In this document: piece by piece, positions 10,542 to 20,202 of the stretch
Layout: each line of letters starts with the position of its first letter
How positions within the stretch are numbered: position 1 is the first letter of the stretch
Program-made: the position numbers and the translations under genes
Assembly (NCBI GenBank): GCA_016929435.1
Contig: JAFGIV010000026.1
Coordinates: 30,097 to 94,096, forward strand
Origin: Candidatus Uhrbacteria bacterium
GTDB lineage: Bacteria > Patescibacteriota > Patescibacteriia > SG8-24
Direction: 5' to 3'
DNA length: 64,000 nt
The notes under the pieces: generated by a model
Seen by the model: the letters and a program-made list of their open reading frames with translations, nothing else
Database searches by the model: none
What the model was told of the DNA's origin: nothing

Positions 10542-11261
10542 ATGATCGAGATAAGTGACATCCGAAAGGCCTATCGGGTCGGGGACATCGAAACCCTGGC
10601 CCTGGACGGAGTCTCTTTCCGTATCGAGAAGGGGGATTTCGTGGCCATCATGGGCCAGTCCGGATCCGGCAAATCGACCCTGATGCACATTATCGGCTGT
10701 CTGGACTCGCCGACGTCCGGCCGGTATTTCCTCGGCGGCCATGACGTTTCCCGGATGACCGACGACGAGCTGTCGGACGTGCGGCGGGACCAGATCGGTT
10801 TCGTTTTTCAGGCCTTCAACCTCCTGCCGCGGGCCACGGCCATCCGAAACGTGTCCCTACCCCTGATTTACGCCAACGTCCTCCCCGAAGAGCGGGACCG
10901 CCGGGCCGGAGAGGCCCTGTTGGCCGCCGGCCTGCCGGAAGACCGCTGGCACCACCATTCCAACGAGCTGTCCGGCGGCCAGAAACAGCGGGTGGCCATC
11001 GCCCGGGCCCTGGTCAACAGTCCGGCCATCGTCCTGGCCGACGAGCCGACCGGTAACCTCGATTCCAAGACCGGGGAGGTGGTGTTGGAGACCTTCCGGC
11101 ACCTGAACTGCGACCTGGGACACACCATCCTGCTTATTACCCACGAACGTTACGTGGCCGAACACGCCGACCGGATCATCACCCTAAAGGACGGACGGAT
11201 CGTGTCCGACGAGGAGGTCCGGAGCAAGCATCCCTGTCCCGTTGAACGCCAAACGCCATGA
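10542..11261 (+). CDS. ABC transporter ATP-binding protein (MacB/LolD-like)
   Basis: Walker A GQSGSGKST, signature LSGGQKQRVAIARAL, Walker B IVLADEPT, H-loop. Confidence 0.9.
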   Translation: MIEISDIRKAYRVGDIETLALDGVSFRIEKGDFVAIMGQSGSGKSTLMHIIGCLDSPTSGRYFLGGHDVSRMTDDELSDVRRDQIGFVFQAFNLLPRATAIRNVSLPLIYANVLPEERDRRAGEALLAAGLPEDRWHHHSNELSGGQKQRVAIARALVNSPAIVLADEPTGNLDSKTGEVVLETFRHLNCDLGHTILLITHERYVAEHADRIITLKDGRIVSDEEVRSKHPCPVERQTP

Positions 11262-12478
11262 GAATCGCCGATCTCTTCCAGGAAACCTATGACGCCGTTA
11301 CGGTCAACAAGGTCCGTTCCGGCCTGACCATGCTGGGCATCGTCATCGGCATCGGTTCGGTAATCGCCCTCCTGGCCATGGGACAGGGCGCCAAGAACTC
11401 CATTGAATCCAGCATCCAGTCGATCGGCTCCAACCTGCTGATGGTCCGGCCGGGAGCCATGAGGGCCGGCGGCGGCGTCAGTTCCGGACGCGGAAGTGCC
11501 CAAACGCTCACCATGGACGATGTCGAGGCCATTCGGGGACAGGCGACAGCCGTACGGGCCGTGGCTCCGGAAATCAGCGGCCGCTATCAGGTTACGGCCG
11601 CCGGCACCAACACCAACGTTTCGGTGTATGGGGTTACGGAGGAGTACCAATCCGTCAAGAGCCTGACGGTCGAGTCCGGGTCATTCGTCTCCGCCCAGAA
11701 CGAGAAGGGCCGCTCCAAGGTCGCCGTCCTCGGCTCGGCCACCCGGGACGACCTTTTCGGGGAGGGAAACGACCCGGTCGGATCGAAGATCAAGATCAAC
11801 AGGATCGAGTTCAAGGTCATCGGTGTCATGGCCGCCAAGGGCGGTTCCGGGTTTGGCAGTGCCGATGAGGCCATCTACGTTCCGCTTGCCACGGCCCAGC
11901 AATACCTCTCCAGCAGCAGGTACCTGTCGATGATCAACGTCGAGGCCGCAAGTGCCGAGGCCATGGACCTGGCCGAATCCGAGTTGACCGATATCCTGCT
12001 GGCTGCCCACGACATCACCGACCCGACCCTGGCGGACTTCATGGTAATGAGTCAGGCGGATATTGTAGAGACCGCCTCGTCGGTGACGGACACCTTCGTC
12101 ACCCTGTTGGCAGCTATCGCCGCCATCTCGCTCCTGGTCGGCGGTATCGGCATCATGAACATGATGCTGACCACCGTCACCGAAAGGACCCGTGAGATCG
12201 GCCTGCGTAAGGCGATTGGTGCCCGGCGGGAAGACATCGTCCGGCAGTTCCTGATGGAATCCCTGCTGCTGACATTTGTCGGCGGAGCGATCGGCATCGT
12301 CGTCGGCTGGCTGATCGCCCAGGCCGCCATCCGTTTCGCCTCCATCCAGGCCAGCGTCTCCCTATCGGCGGTCGTCATGGCCGTCGGCGTCTCGGTCGGC
12401 ATCGGAGTGATCTTCGGATACTATCCGGCCCAACGCGCCGCCAAGCTCCGGCCGATCGAGGCGCTCCGGTATGAGTAG
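11258..12478 (+). CDS. ABC transporter permease, FtsX/MacB family
   Basis: N-terminal TM helix, large periplasmic MacB_PCD-like domain, C-terminal FtsX four-helix bundle. Start overlaps the ATPase stop. Confidence 0.8.
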   Translation: MRIADLFQETYDAVTVNKVRSGLTMLGIVIGIGSVIALLAMGQGAKNSIESSIQSIGSNLLMVRPGAMRAGGGVSSGRGSAQTLTMDDVEAIRGQATAVRAVAPEISGRYQVTAAGTNTNVSVYGVTEEYQSVKSLTVESGSFVSAQNEKGRSKVAVLGSATRDDLFGEGNDPVGSKIKINRIEFKVIGVMAAKGGSGFGSADEAIYVPLATAQQYLSSSRYLSMINVEAASAEAMDLAESELTDILLAAHDITDPTLADFMVMSQADIVETASSVTDTFVTLLAAIAAISLLVGGIGIMNMMLTTVTERTREIGLRKAIGARREDIVRQFLMESLLLTFVGGAIGIVVGWLIAQAAIRFASIQASVSLSAVVMAVGVSVGIGVIFGYYPAQRAAKLRPIEALRYE

Positions 12479-12538
12479 GGCTTCACCCCTTGATCCCCCG
12501 GAACGGGTATTTAGGAATAATAAGCATAATTTTAAAAT

Positions 12539-13054
12539 ATGACCGATATGCACAGCAAAACAATCATCAGCTATGTCTTGACGGCCGTCATCGCCGCCGG
12601 GATAGGATTCGGCGGGGGAACCATCTACCAGAAAAACCAGGCATCGGCCGGATCGCGGATCGGCGGCAGTTTCGATCCGCAAACCATGATGAACATGCCG
12701 GCTGGCGATCGCCAGGGCCTCCGGGGCGGCCAGGCCGACGGCCTGACCAAAATGCGGGGCGGGGCCGGGATGAGCGCCGGCACGATCAAGGAGAGGACCG
12801 ACACCACCCTGACCGTCACCCTCGGCACGGACGGATCGCAGTTGGTCATAGTGACCGACAAGACGGCCATCTCCAAGCCGGCCGAAATCAGCCTTTCGGA
12901 GTTGAAGGCAGGGGATAACGTCTTCGTCAGCGGCCAGACCAATTCCGACGGCAGCCTGACGGCCGATTCAATCCAGGTTCGGATGGACGGCGAGGGATTT
13001 GGCGGCGGTCCGGGGATGGTGCGCCCGCCGACCGGTGAGGTGCCGGTGCGGTAA
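12539..13054 (+). CDS. Secreted beta-rich hypothetical protein (DUF5666-like)
   Basis: Signal/TM N-terminus, Gly-rich linker, beta-strand-rich C-terminus. Located downstream of the efflux operon. Confidence 0.4.
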   Translation: MTDMHSKTIISYVLTAVIAAGIGFGGGTIYQKNQASAGSRIGGSFDPQTMMNMPAGDRQGLRGGQADGLTKMRGGAGMSAGTIKERTDTTLTVTLGTDGSQLVIVTDKTAISKPAEISLSELKAGDNVFVSGQTNSDGSLTADSIQVRMDGEGFGGGPGMVRPPTGEVPVR

Positions 13055-13468
13055 GGCGGAGACCACCGAGGAAAGGCGGTCGAACTTGTGAGCCGGGGAC
13101 TGTCCCTTGCCTTATCTCCCGCGGACTTTCACTGAAATTAAGCCTATTTGGCGTTGCAAAACGCCTCAAGAAGGGCCTTTCGGCAGGAAAACGAGGGACG
13201 GGTTTGAGCCTAAAAAAGGCACTCTCCGGGCCAAGACCCGGGAGTTTTAGTTGCCAAATAGAGATTTTCTGCGGGCAATTCGCCTCATGTGATAGCCGTG
13301 GCCCGGCATTTTTTGTCTTTATCCACAACCCATCAATTGAGAAACGTGTCAGTTTTTTCTTTTTTTATGCGAAAAAGCCCGTTTTTAGCCAAAAAACCGT
13401 CCTTGACCGCATTTTTCGTTTCTTTAGGGTAGTCGCTGAAGTCCGTTAAAAACAACAAGGAGGTAAGA

Positions 13469-14161
13469 ATGGACAGGGAATCGGTTTTAAGGGAAATGGG
13501 TTTCGTGCGGCTGGAGGGCGGTCCGGTGAGGATGGGGACGGAAACGCCGTTGCCGTGCCGTCTGGAGGGGTACAGGCACAACGAGACGCCTGTTTTCGGG
13601 AGTGTCACGGGTCCTTTCTGGATGGCCCGCACCTGCGTTTCCAACATCGAATACGAGCGCCACGATCGGAGATACCCCAGGCTTCCGATCGCACCGCACG
13701 ATCGGCATCCGGCGGTGAACGTCACCTACCTGAACGCTCTGGACTATTGCCGGAAGCTTTCCGAAAGGGTCGGCCTGCCACTTACCCTTCCGACAGAAGC
13801 GCAATGGGTTTTTGCGGCTGCCCCGTCAGGAACGGAATTCCCCTGGGGAAACCGTCCGGATCGCCGGAAGGCCCTGACGCGGGGCTTCGGCACGGTCGGA
13901 CCGGCGACCGTCGATTCTGACGACCGCTACCTTAACCGGTGCGGCCTGTTCCACATCTGCGGAAACGTCTCCCAGTTCACCTTGGGGGACTATGACGCCC
14001 CGGGACACGGCGGTTTCCTGACCGACGGCCGGTATTGCGTCGTCAGGGGAGGGAACTGGGCACTGTGTCCCTGGTCGGCCGGAGTGCATCGGCGAGGAAT
14101 CGTTGACGTGGCCGCCCGGATGCCGACGGTGGGGTTTCGCCTGGTCTGTAACGGTTGGTAG
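13469..14161 (+). CDS. Formylglycine-generating enzyme (FGE/SUMF1)-like domain protein
   Basis: Motifs typical of the FGE-sulfatase fold (RGGNW...GFRLV at the C-terminus, NxxxYC...GxPLxLPTEAQWxxAA). Strong RBS ggaggtaagaATG. Confidence 0.5.
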   Translation: MDRESVLREMGFVRLEGGPVRMGTETPLPCRLEGYRHNETPVFGSVTGPFWMARTCVSNIEYERHDRRYPRLPIAPHDRHPAVNVTYLNALDYCRKLSERVGLPLTLPTEAQWVFAAAPSGTEFPWGNRPDRRKALTRGFGTVGPATVDSDDRYLNRCGLFHICGNVSQFTLGDYDAPGHGGFLTDGRYCVVRGGNWALCPWSAGVHRRGIVDVAARMPTVGFRLVCNGW

Positions 14162-14223
14162 GATTCTTCTTAAAAAGAGCCTTTTCGGCTCTTTTTTACT
14201 CTCCCGCCCCCGAAATCCCCTGC

Positions 14224-15090
14224 CTACGGAGCCATCCTGGCCACCGTCTCGGCCGTGAAGCGGTGTCCGGGCCGGTACACCTCCACCCTTCCGGCCAGGC
14301 GCAGACCCAACAGGGAAATGTCGCCCAGGAAATCCAGCAGCTTGTGGGTGGCCGGCTCGTTCGGGAACCTGAGGGGAGTCAGGAAACGGCCTTCGGTATA
14401 GGTAATGAGCGGCGATTCGCTCGGGTCTTCCGGCAGGATCGGGTAGATGCTTCGGACCCTTTCCCACTTGTCGCTGTCGCCGTCCGCCAGCGGGGAGGAC
14501 ATGAAGCTCCTGGCCGGGGCAACGGCGTCCGCATAGTTACCGTCACCGGAATCGTATCGAACGGTCGCCTTTCCTATCGGGTCCGGAAAGTCGATGTGGC
14601 ATTCGACCGTCAGGCGGTCGTGCGGGGTGGGGGACAGGATCGCCGTTTCCCCTCCCGGTCCGAAAAACGTCTCCCGCTCGGTGATTTTCGCCAGCCGTCT
14701 CCTTTCCGGCAGTTCCCGCACTCCGGCATGGACGATCAGGCGACAGAACCAGTCGGCGGAGAAGTCCCGGAAGGGGATTCCGCAGCGCTTCAGCTCGATG
14801 GCGGCGTTGTCTATGCCCAAACCGTAGAGGGCGGACAGGAGATGTTCGACCGTCCGGACATGGGCCTCCCCGTTCCGCAGGCTGGTGGTGTGGTGCCTTT
14901 CCTGGCGGCAGAGGTTGGCGATGCAGGCCCGTACCGGCCCCTGCGGGGTCCTGAAGACGATTCCGTGGTTAGCCGGGGCAGGGCGGATTTCGGCCACGCA
15001 ATCCCTGAAGTCGTTGGCTGAAATGCCGCAGAGCCGCACCGGACGGGCAATGGTTGCCTGATTTTGGGAACTGACGATTGTTTCCATCAT
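14224..15090 (-). CDS. lpxC: UDP-3-O-acyl-N-acetylglucosamine deacetylase
   Basis: RPAPANHGIVFR, VRTVEHLLSALYGLGIDN, HKLLDFLGDISLLG and TERETFFG align along the whole length with LpxC signature regions. Confidence 0.85.
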   Translation of the reverse strand: MMETIVSSQNQATIARPVRLCGISANDFRDCVAEIRPAPANHGIVFRTPQGPVRACIANLCRQERHHTTSLRNGEAHVRTVEHLLSALYGLGIDNAAIELKRCGIPFRDFSADWFCRLIVHAGVRELPERRRLAKITERETFFGPGGETAILSPTPHDRLTVECHIDFPDPIGKATVRYDSGDGNYADAVAPARSFMSSPLADGDSDKWERVRSIYPILPEDPSESPLITYTEGRFLTPLRFPNEPATHKLLDFLGDISLLGLRLAGRVEVYRPGHRFTAETVARMAP

Positions 15091-15363
15091 ATTTCGGTTG
15101 GTTTTGATTTATTGTCGCGAAGAACATAGGCCTGAAAACAACCCGTGTCAACATCTATCGGATAAACAAAATTACGCCGTATTTAGCGTAATTTTCCAAT
15201 TCATCCGGTCTGGTTCGGGTATTTTGGGAACGAAAATCGCCTGTTTGCCTGTGGATAATTTCAGGACTTGGATTTCGTCTGGAATAACCTATAATGTTAA
15301 AAGTGATTTGGATGGCATCATTGGCGGACTAAGGAAACACAAAAAAAACTACTCAATAGATGT

Positions 15364-15702
15364 TTGTTTATGAAACGACACGAGATGAAACTGGCGAAAG
15401 TCCCGTTCGACAAGTTGGCGGCCGGGGTGAAGACCGTCGAATCCCGGCTCTACGACGACAAGAGAAGGGGCGTGGCCGTCGGCGACGAGATCGTCTTCAG
15501 GCTCAACGAAAATCCCGAAGTGACGGTAACCAGGAGGGTGGTGTCCCTGCACGTCTATCCGAACTTCAGGTCAATGATGGCCGATCTGCCCGCCGGCCGT
15601 TTCGGCTGGGATACGGCGGAGGAGGCGACGGCGGAAATCGAGCGTCACTATTTCGCGGAAGACCAGGAAAAATTCGGGGTCATCGGCATCGGGTTGGGTT
15701 GA
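15364..15702 (+). CDS. ASCH (PUA-like) domain protein
   Basis: About 110 aa. MKLAKVPFDKLAAGVKTVESRLYDDKRR...VGDEIVF is typical of the ASCH beta-barrel. Confidence 0.6.
   Translation: MFMKRHEMKLAKVPFDKLAAGVKTVESRLYDDKRRGVAVGDEIVFRLNENPEVTVTRRVVSLHVYPNFRSMMADLPAGRFGWDTAEEATAEIERHYFAEDQEKFGVIGIGLG
15670..15702 (+). repeat. Direct repeat copy 1 (33 bp, 32/33 identical to 17299-17331); 3' end of ASCH gene
   Basis: aaattcggggtcatcggcatcgggttgggttga compared with aaattcggggtcatcggcatcgggttggggtga, read directly from the sequence. Confidence 0.85.
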
Positions 15703-15703
15703 A

Positions 15704-15734
15704 AAACCCGCCGGTATATTACCGGCGGGTTTTC
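15704..15734. terminator. Bidirectional rho-independent terminator
   Basis: Perfect inverted repeat aacccgccggt/accggcgggtt flanked by A- and T-runs, between convergent genes. Confidence 0.6.
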
Positions 15735-15742
15735 ACGACACT

Positions 15743-17098
15743 TCACGGAAATGTACGAAATTCAATTACGATTACGCCCAAAGCTTCCTTCTGATCACCG
15801 TAAAACGACTTTAGGATACCGAAAGCTGTTGTGGCAGAATCAGCATCAGGAACTATCTTACCGAAAGGTTCGTTTTTCAATGTCTCTTTGAAACTTGGAT
15901 ATTCTCGTTTGTCTATCACCTTAACGATCAGGGATTCCTCGTACGTCAAGAAACGAATGTTTTCCCCTTTTTTAATTCCTCTGATCGTATCGTAACCGAC
16001 GCGTACTTCAAGCGTTTTCTCGCCGGACTTTATGAAGTCAAAGAATCGTTTTTTTACACGAATTGTTCGTAAGGTATCCTGATTGATATCAAGACTCCAC
16101 TGTTGGGTTACGACATCGGATCGATATGCAGCCGGCAAAATGGCATCGATTTTCCAGCCGTGATGTTGGAGACACACAACCTCAGACGTCGTTGGGGTTA
16201 TGTGCAAATACAATTTACGTCCTCCATAGCCCGACAATTGGAATGGCAAATCGCTCAATAGGGCATTGAAGGCAAGGTCGTTTGAGGCTATCAGGGGCAT
16301 TAATTTGATGAGCGTTCCTTTTTTTGGGATAGCGGCTGCCACCCCTATTACCTTACCCTCGAAATCTGACGCCACAAAGATGAGCTTGTATTTGGAGTTA
16401 ACATCACCGGAGTCTCTGCGCCCGTATCCGGCAAATAGACTCTTAATCCAGACGTCGTCGATTCCGCTGAATGTTTTCGGTAGGGTGCTCAGGATTAATT
16501 GACGCACTTGTCCCATATCCTTGTCCTCTAACGGGAGAACGGAAATGGCTGGTATGTCTTTCTTGATCAGCGCCTCGTTTTCAGACAGTATCTTGTAAAA
16601 CATCAGTTCCCGACTATCCTTTTTGTAGTGACTATATGAACTTCCGGCACACACGAACCCTTGCCGAAGAAAGAAATTCGTGGCCGCCCGATTTTCCTCT
16701 GCTACAGTGCAATACAATTGTCTGGCACTTCGTTTTCGAACATAATTTTCGACATGGGCGTATAGTGCATATCCCAAACCGCACACACCTCGAAATTCTT
16801 CGGAAACTATGAGGGGACTGATTTTATATGTTTGTTGTCGTTTCCCGACCACATGAATCACACCCGCAAGTTGTCCATCGATTTCCCCGACGAACATTCG
16901 TTGTTCGTGAGAGAAGAAACCAATGTGGTCTCGTCCTCCGGCAAGATGCGTACGAATTATCCGCCGGGCACGAGCCTGATGATCGCCATCATAATATGCG
17001 GTCAGAACGCGGACCATGAGATTTGTCACCCAAGTTTCATCGTCGGCTTTTGCCTCTCTAATGTTAATGTACGGTTTTGTTTCCGTTTTCTTTACCAT
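15743..17098 (-). CDS. Tandem GNAT acetyltransferase fused to a C-terminal ASCH domain
   Basis: Two GNAT-like modules (motif A-like VGKRQQ / QGFV, and a second GKVIGVAAA) followed by an ASCH-like C-terminus. GC content is markedly lower than the surrounding genes. Confidence 0.6.
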   Translation of the reverse strand: MVKKTETKPYINIREAKADDETWVTNLMVRVLTAYYDGDHQARARRIIRTHLAGGRDHIGFFSHEQRMFVGEIDGQLAGVIHVVGKRQQTYKISPLIVSEEFRGVCGLGYALYAHVENYVRKRSARQLYCTVAEENRAATNFFLRQGFVCAGSSYSHYKKDSRELMFYKILSENEALIKKDIPAISVLPLEDKDMGQVRQLILSTLPKTFSGIDDVWIKSLFAGYGRRDSGDVNSKYKLIFVASDFEGKVIGVAAAIPKKGTLIKLMPLIASNDLAFNALLSDLPFQLSGYGGRKLYLHITPTTSEVVCLQHHGWKIDAILPAAYRSDVVTQQWSLDINQDTLRTIRVKKRFFDFIKSGEKTLEVRVGYDTIRGIKKGENIRFLTYEESLIVKVIDKREYPSFKETLKNEPFGKIVPDADSATTAFGILKSFYGDQKEALGVIVIEFRTFP

Positions 17099-17298
17099 TT
17101 CTCAACCATCCTTTCTTTCCTCTTTGCTTCTGAACTTTTATGTACTTAAACAAATTTATCTAATTAAGTCAACCCCTCCCCACGTAAAGGGCATAATCAG
17201 AAACGTATGGTATGGCAAAATACACGGATCAGGGCCTCGAATACCGGGTGCTCGGGACCGTCAAGAACGGAATGAAGGTTATCGCCGAGATCAAGATG

Positions 17299-17331
17299 AA
17301 ATTCGGGGTCATCGGCATCGGGTTGGGGTGA
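17299..17331 (+). repeat. Direct repeat copy 2; terminates a 39-aa ORF (17212-17331)
   Basis: Same 33-mer with one substitution. Both copies encode ...KFGVIGIGLG followed by a stop. Confidence 0.85.
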
Positions 17332-17418
17332 GGGTGGGGGTCAGCGGCAACAAAAAGGGCACTTTTGTTTCCGCAAACCGTTTTGCGTCAACAAATATGG
17401 GCGACATTTCGGATTTAT

Positions 17419-20190
17419 TTATTCGTTCAAGATTTCGCTTACTTTTTTGATGGGTGCCCGGAAACGAACGTCTTTGAACTCGGCGAAGTGCCTTTCTCCA
17501 CAAAGCATCTTCATTTGTTCCCTGTCTCGCAGGTTCAAGTCATTTATATCGATCGTTGATTTGGTTTCCGCCACGAAATAGATTTTCTTGTCCCCGTTCA
17601 TCACTATGGCCCAATCCGGGTTGTATTTTCCGATCGGCGTCTCGATCCTGAACCAATAGGGGAGCTTGAAGTAGAACTGGATATCCTCATTTGATTCCAG
17701 GTCTGCGGCAAAACTTTTCTCGATCGCTGAGTCACAGGCAATGTTGTCGAACAGCGTCTTACCGGGATCGGAAACCGAAAAGTTTAGGGGGTCACCCAGA
17801 TAGGCGTAAAGCTCCTCATTTTCGAATTTCTGCATCTCCCATTCCTGTCCGGTAATCTTTTCGTACTTGATCCCGTCTATCATCATCCTGTTTAGGACCG
17901 TGTTGATGGCCGAAACCGCTCCTTCGATGAATTGCTGCGGGTTGACGATGATGTCCGCACCCCGCCCCGACGCCTTGACGATCTCCAGGATGGTGTCCTT
18001 AGTCAGCTTGGTGTGGTCCTGAATTCGGCCCAGGATATCGGGGATCGGCATGGCCCGGGCGTTAAGCCTCTTCGTTTTCGGCTGCCGTTTCATCTTGCCG
18101 ACCACGCCGGTCTCGGCGCTCATCTCCAATGCGGCCCGCCTGGTGACGATGTTCGGGGCCGTCACCGGAATTTCCTTAAGCAATTCGGACGCTTTCCTGA
18201 CCAGTTCTCCGGAATCGTAGTCGACTTGGTAGCGGGTGCGGTGCTTGATGCGGTTCCAGAGATCAAGGAAATTCTGGTCCAGGGCATACCCTTTCCTGAG
18301 TCGGGCGACGACTCGGTTCTGCCGGTTCTTGATTCGGTTGTCGAATCTGACCCCGCTTTCGTCCTCAATTTCCTGCTGGAGCCTTTTTGCGAAATCCTCG
18401 TAGCTTTCGTTGGCCACGACGGTCAGAATGTTTATGCTGTCGTCGAAGATGCGCTGGCCGTCCTGATTGACCGGCAGGCGCATGCCCCGGCCTATCTCCT
18501 GACGTTTCTTCATATCCGATTTCGTCTCGTTCAGGGTGCAGATCTGGAATACGTTAGGATTGTCCCAACCTTCCCGCAGGGCGGAGTGGGAAAAGATGAA
18601 GCGTATCGGTTCGTCCAAAGATAGGAGCCGTTCCTTGTCCTTCATGATCAGGCTGTAGGTATCGTCATCGGCGGCGGTGTTTCCGTTGGTGTCCCTTAGC
18701 CCTTTCTTGTCCACGGAAAAGTACCCGCCGTGGATCTTCTCGGGCGCATGTCCGACCAGTCCGTGGTATTTCGGGTTGGCCTGCATCTTCCGCACGGCAC
18801 CCTCGAACCAGACGGCGATCTTGCCCTTGCCGACCGTCCCGTCTTCTCCGTAGGTGCGGTAGTTGGCCACCCGATCGATGAAGAAAAGGGTCAGGGCCTT
18901 GATGCCCTTGCCCGCCAATTCCAGTTCCTTGTCGAAATGGTTCTCTACGGCCTTAGCCACCTGATAGCGCATCACCTCATCCTTCAGGACATCGTTGTCC
19001 TGTCCGGACCGGAAAACCTGGCCGTTGCTGAAAGTCACGGTTTGGCTATCGACATCGATCTCGTCCACGATGAAGCCGTCCCGGTACAGTTCCCGGCCGT
19101 TTGACAGGCGGAACAGGTCGGAACCGGCCCAAACGGTGACCGTTTTCCGCTCCACCCGCCCCTTACCGCCGCTTTTGTCCGCATCAACGGCAATCTTGGC
19201 CGTAACGACGTTCTTTTTCGACGTTATCGAATCGACCGCCACGAAGGCCTGGTTGATGTCCGCTTCGGCCATCACCGAATCGACCTCGATCCTCTTGACC
19301 AGGCCCAAATCATAGGCCTGGACCGGGTCGAGCCTATACACCTGGTTATAGGGGTTCTTGTGGGTCGCGGAATAGCGGAGGGTGCAGAGGGGATTGAGGT
19401 TCTCGATCGCCTTTCGGCGGATGTCGGTTTCCATGTTCTGCGGTTCGTCCACAATCACGATCGGCCGCACCCCCCTGATGCATTCGATCGGTACGCCCCA
19501 GTCGCTGTCCTGATAGATGATGTTCTGCCCCCGCTTGGACTCGCTGAACTTGGCGAACGAGTCGATGTTGATGACCAGCACCTGTAGGGCGTCGTTCGTG
19601 GCGAAGGCCTTCATCTGCCCCCGTTTTTTCGGGTCATAAACGTGAAAATCGACCTTGGGGCGGCCGTAGATCAGGTCGAAATGGTCCCTGGTGATCTCCA
19701 GGTTCTTCCAGACCCCCTCCTTGACGGCCAAACCGGGAACGACGACGATGAATTTGCGGAAACCGTGCTTCCGGTGAAGTTCATGGATGGTGCGGAGATA
19801 GACGTAGGTCTTCCCGGTGCCGGTTTCCATCTCCACCGTGAAATCTTTCCCCTTCAGCCGGTCCGCCGCCACTAACCCGTTCCGTGCCTGAATCTCCCTC
19901 AGGTTGTTCAACAGAAGCCCCTCATCCAGTCCGGATCCGTTTCCGATGATGAATTCGTTGCAGATCATCATCTGGGCGGTGGGGGACTGAAGCGCCACGC
20001 CGAAATCGTCGTCCCCGAAAGGAACCTGTCCCCGGAACAGGTCGGTCACGGCCTCGATGGCCTTCAGCTGGTATTCCTGTGTGGCGTCGAACTGGAGTTT
20101 CATAGGCTTTTTTAGGGTCGGTGCAAAGAGAATCATCTTATTTTGGCTAAAATTAGCCAAGCATATTTCTCTTTGCATTTGCGTTTGCAA
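17419..20190 (-). CDS. res: Type III restriction-modification system Res subunit (SF2 helicase plus PD-(D/E)xK endonuclease)
   Basis: Walker A ETGTGKT, DEPQ box (IVIVDEPQN), helicase C-terminal motifs, and a C-terminal nuclease motif (YFVAETKS). Confidence 0.85.
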   Translation of the reverse strand: MQTQMQREICLANFSQNKMILFAPTLKKPMKLQFDATQEYQLKAIEAVTDLFRGQVPFGDDDFGVALQSPTAQMMICNEFIIGNGSGLDEGLLLNNLREIQARNGLVAADRLKGKDFTVEMETGTGKTYVYLRTIHELHRKHGFRKFIVVVPGLAVKEGVWKNLEITRDHFDLIYGRPKVDFHVYDPKKRGQMKAFATNDALQVLVINIDSFAKFSESKRGQNIIYQDSDWGVPIECIRGVRPIVIVDEPQNMETDIRRKAIENLNPLCTLRYSATHKNPYNQVYRLDPVQAYDLGLVKRIEVDSVMAEADINQAFVAVDSITSKKNVVTAKIAVDADKSGGKGRVERKTVTVWAGSDLFRLSNGRELYRDGFIVDEIDVDSQTVTFSNGQVFRSGQDNDVLKDEVMRYQVAKAVENHFDKELELAGKGIKALTLFFIDRVANYRTYGEDGTVGKGKIAVWFEGAVRKMQANPKYHGLVGHAPEKIHGGYFSVDKKGLRDTNGNTAADDDTYSLIMKDKERLLSLDEPIRFIFSHSALREGWDNPNVFQICTLNETKSDMKKRQEIGRGMRLPVNQDGQRIFDDSINILTVVANESYEDFAKRLQQEIEDESGVRFDNRIKNRQNRVVARLRKGYALDQNFLDLWNRIKHRTRYQVDYDSGELVRKASELLKEIPVTAPNIVTRRAALEMSAETGVVGKMKRQPKTKRLNARAMPIPDILGRIQDHTKLTKDTILEIVKASGRGADIIVNPQQFIEGAVSAINTVLNRMMIDGIKYEKITGQEWEMQKFENEELYAYLGDPLNFSVSDPGKTLFDNIACDSAIEKSFAADLESNEDIQFYFKLPYWFRIETPIGKYNPDWAIVMNGDKKIYFVAETKSTIDINDLNLRDREQMKMLCGERHFAEFKDVRFRAPIKKVSEILNE

Positions 20191-20202
20191 AGAGGATTTA
20201 TT

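Noticed and set aside
13826-15021. ORFs 13826-14467 (-) and 14155-15021 (+) overlapping the FGE-like gene and lpxC
   Set aside because: Each is antisense to a gene with clear family motifs. Composition is Arg/Pro/Gly-rich.
17340-17418. Possible terminator hairpin downstream of res
   Set aside because: An imperfect stem (10/12) with a weak T-tract, too marginal to list as a feature.
17932-19875. Plus-strand ORFs inside res
   Set aside because: Antisense to the Type III Res helicase, which has intact Walker A, DEPQ and nuclease motifs.
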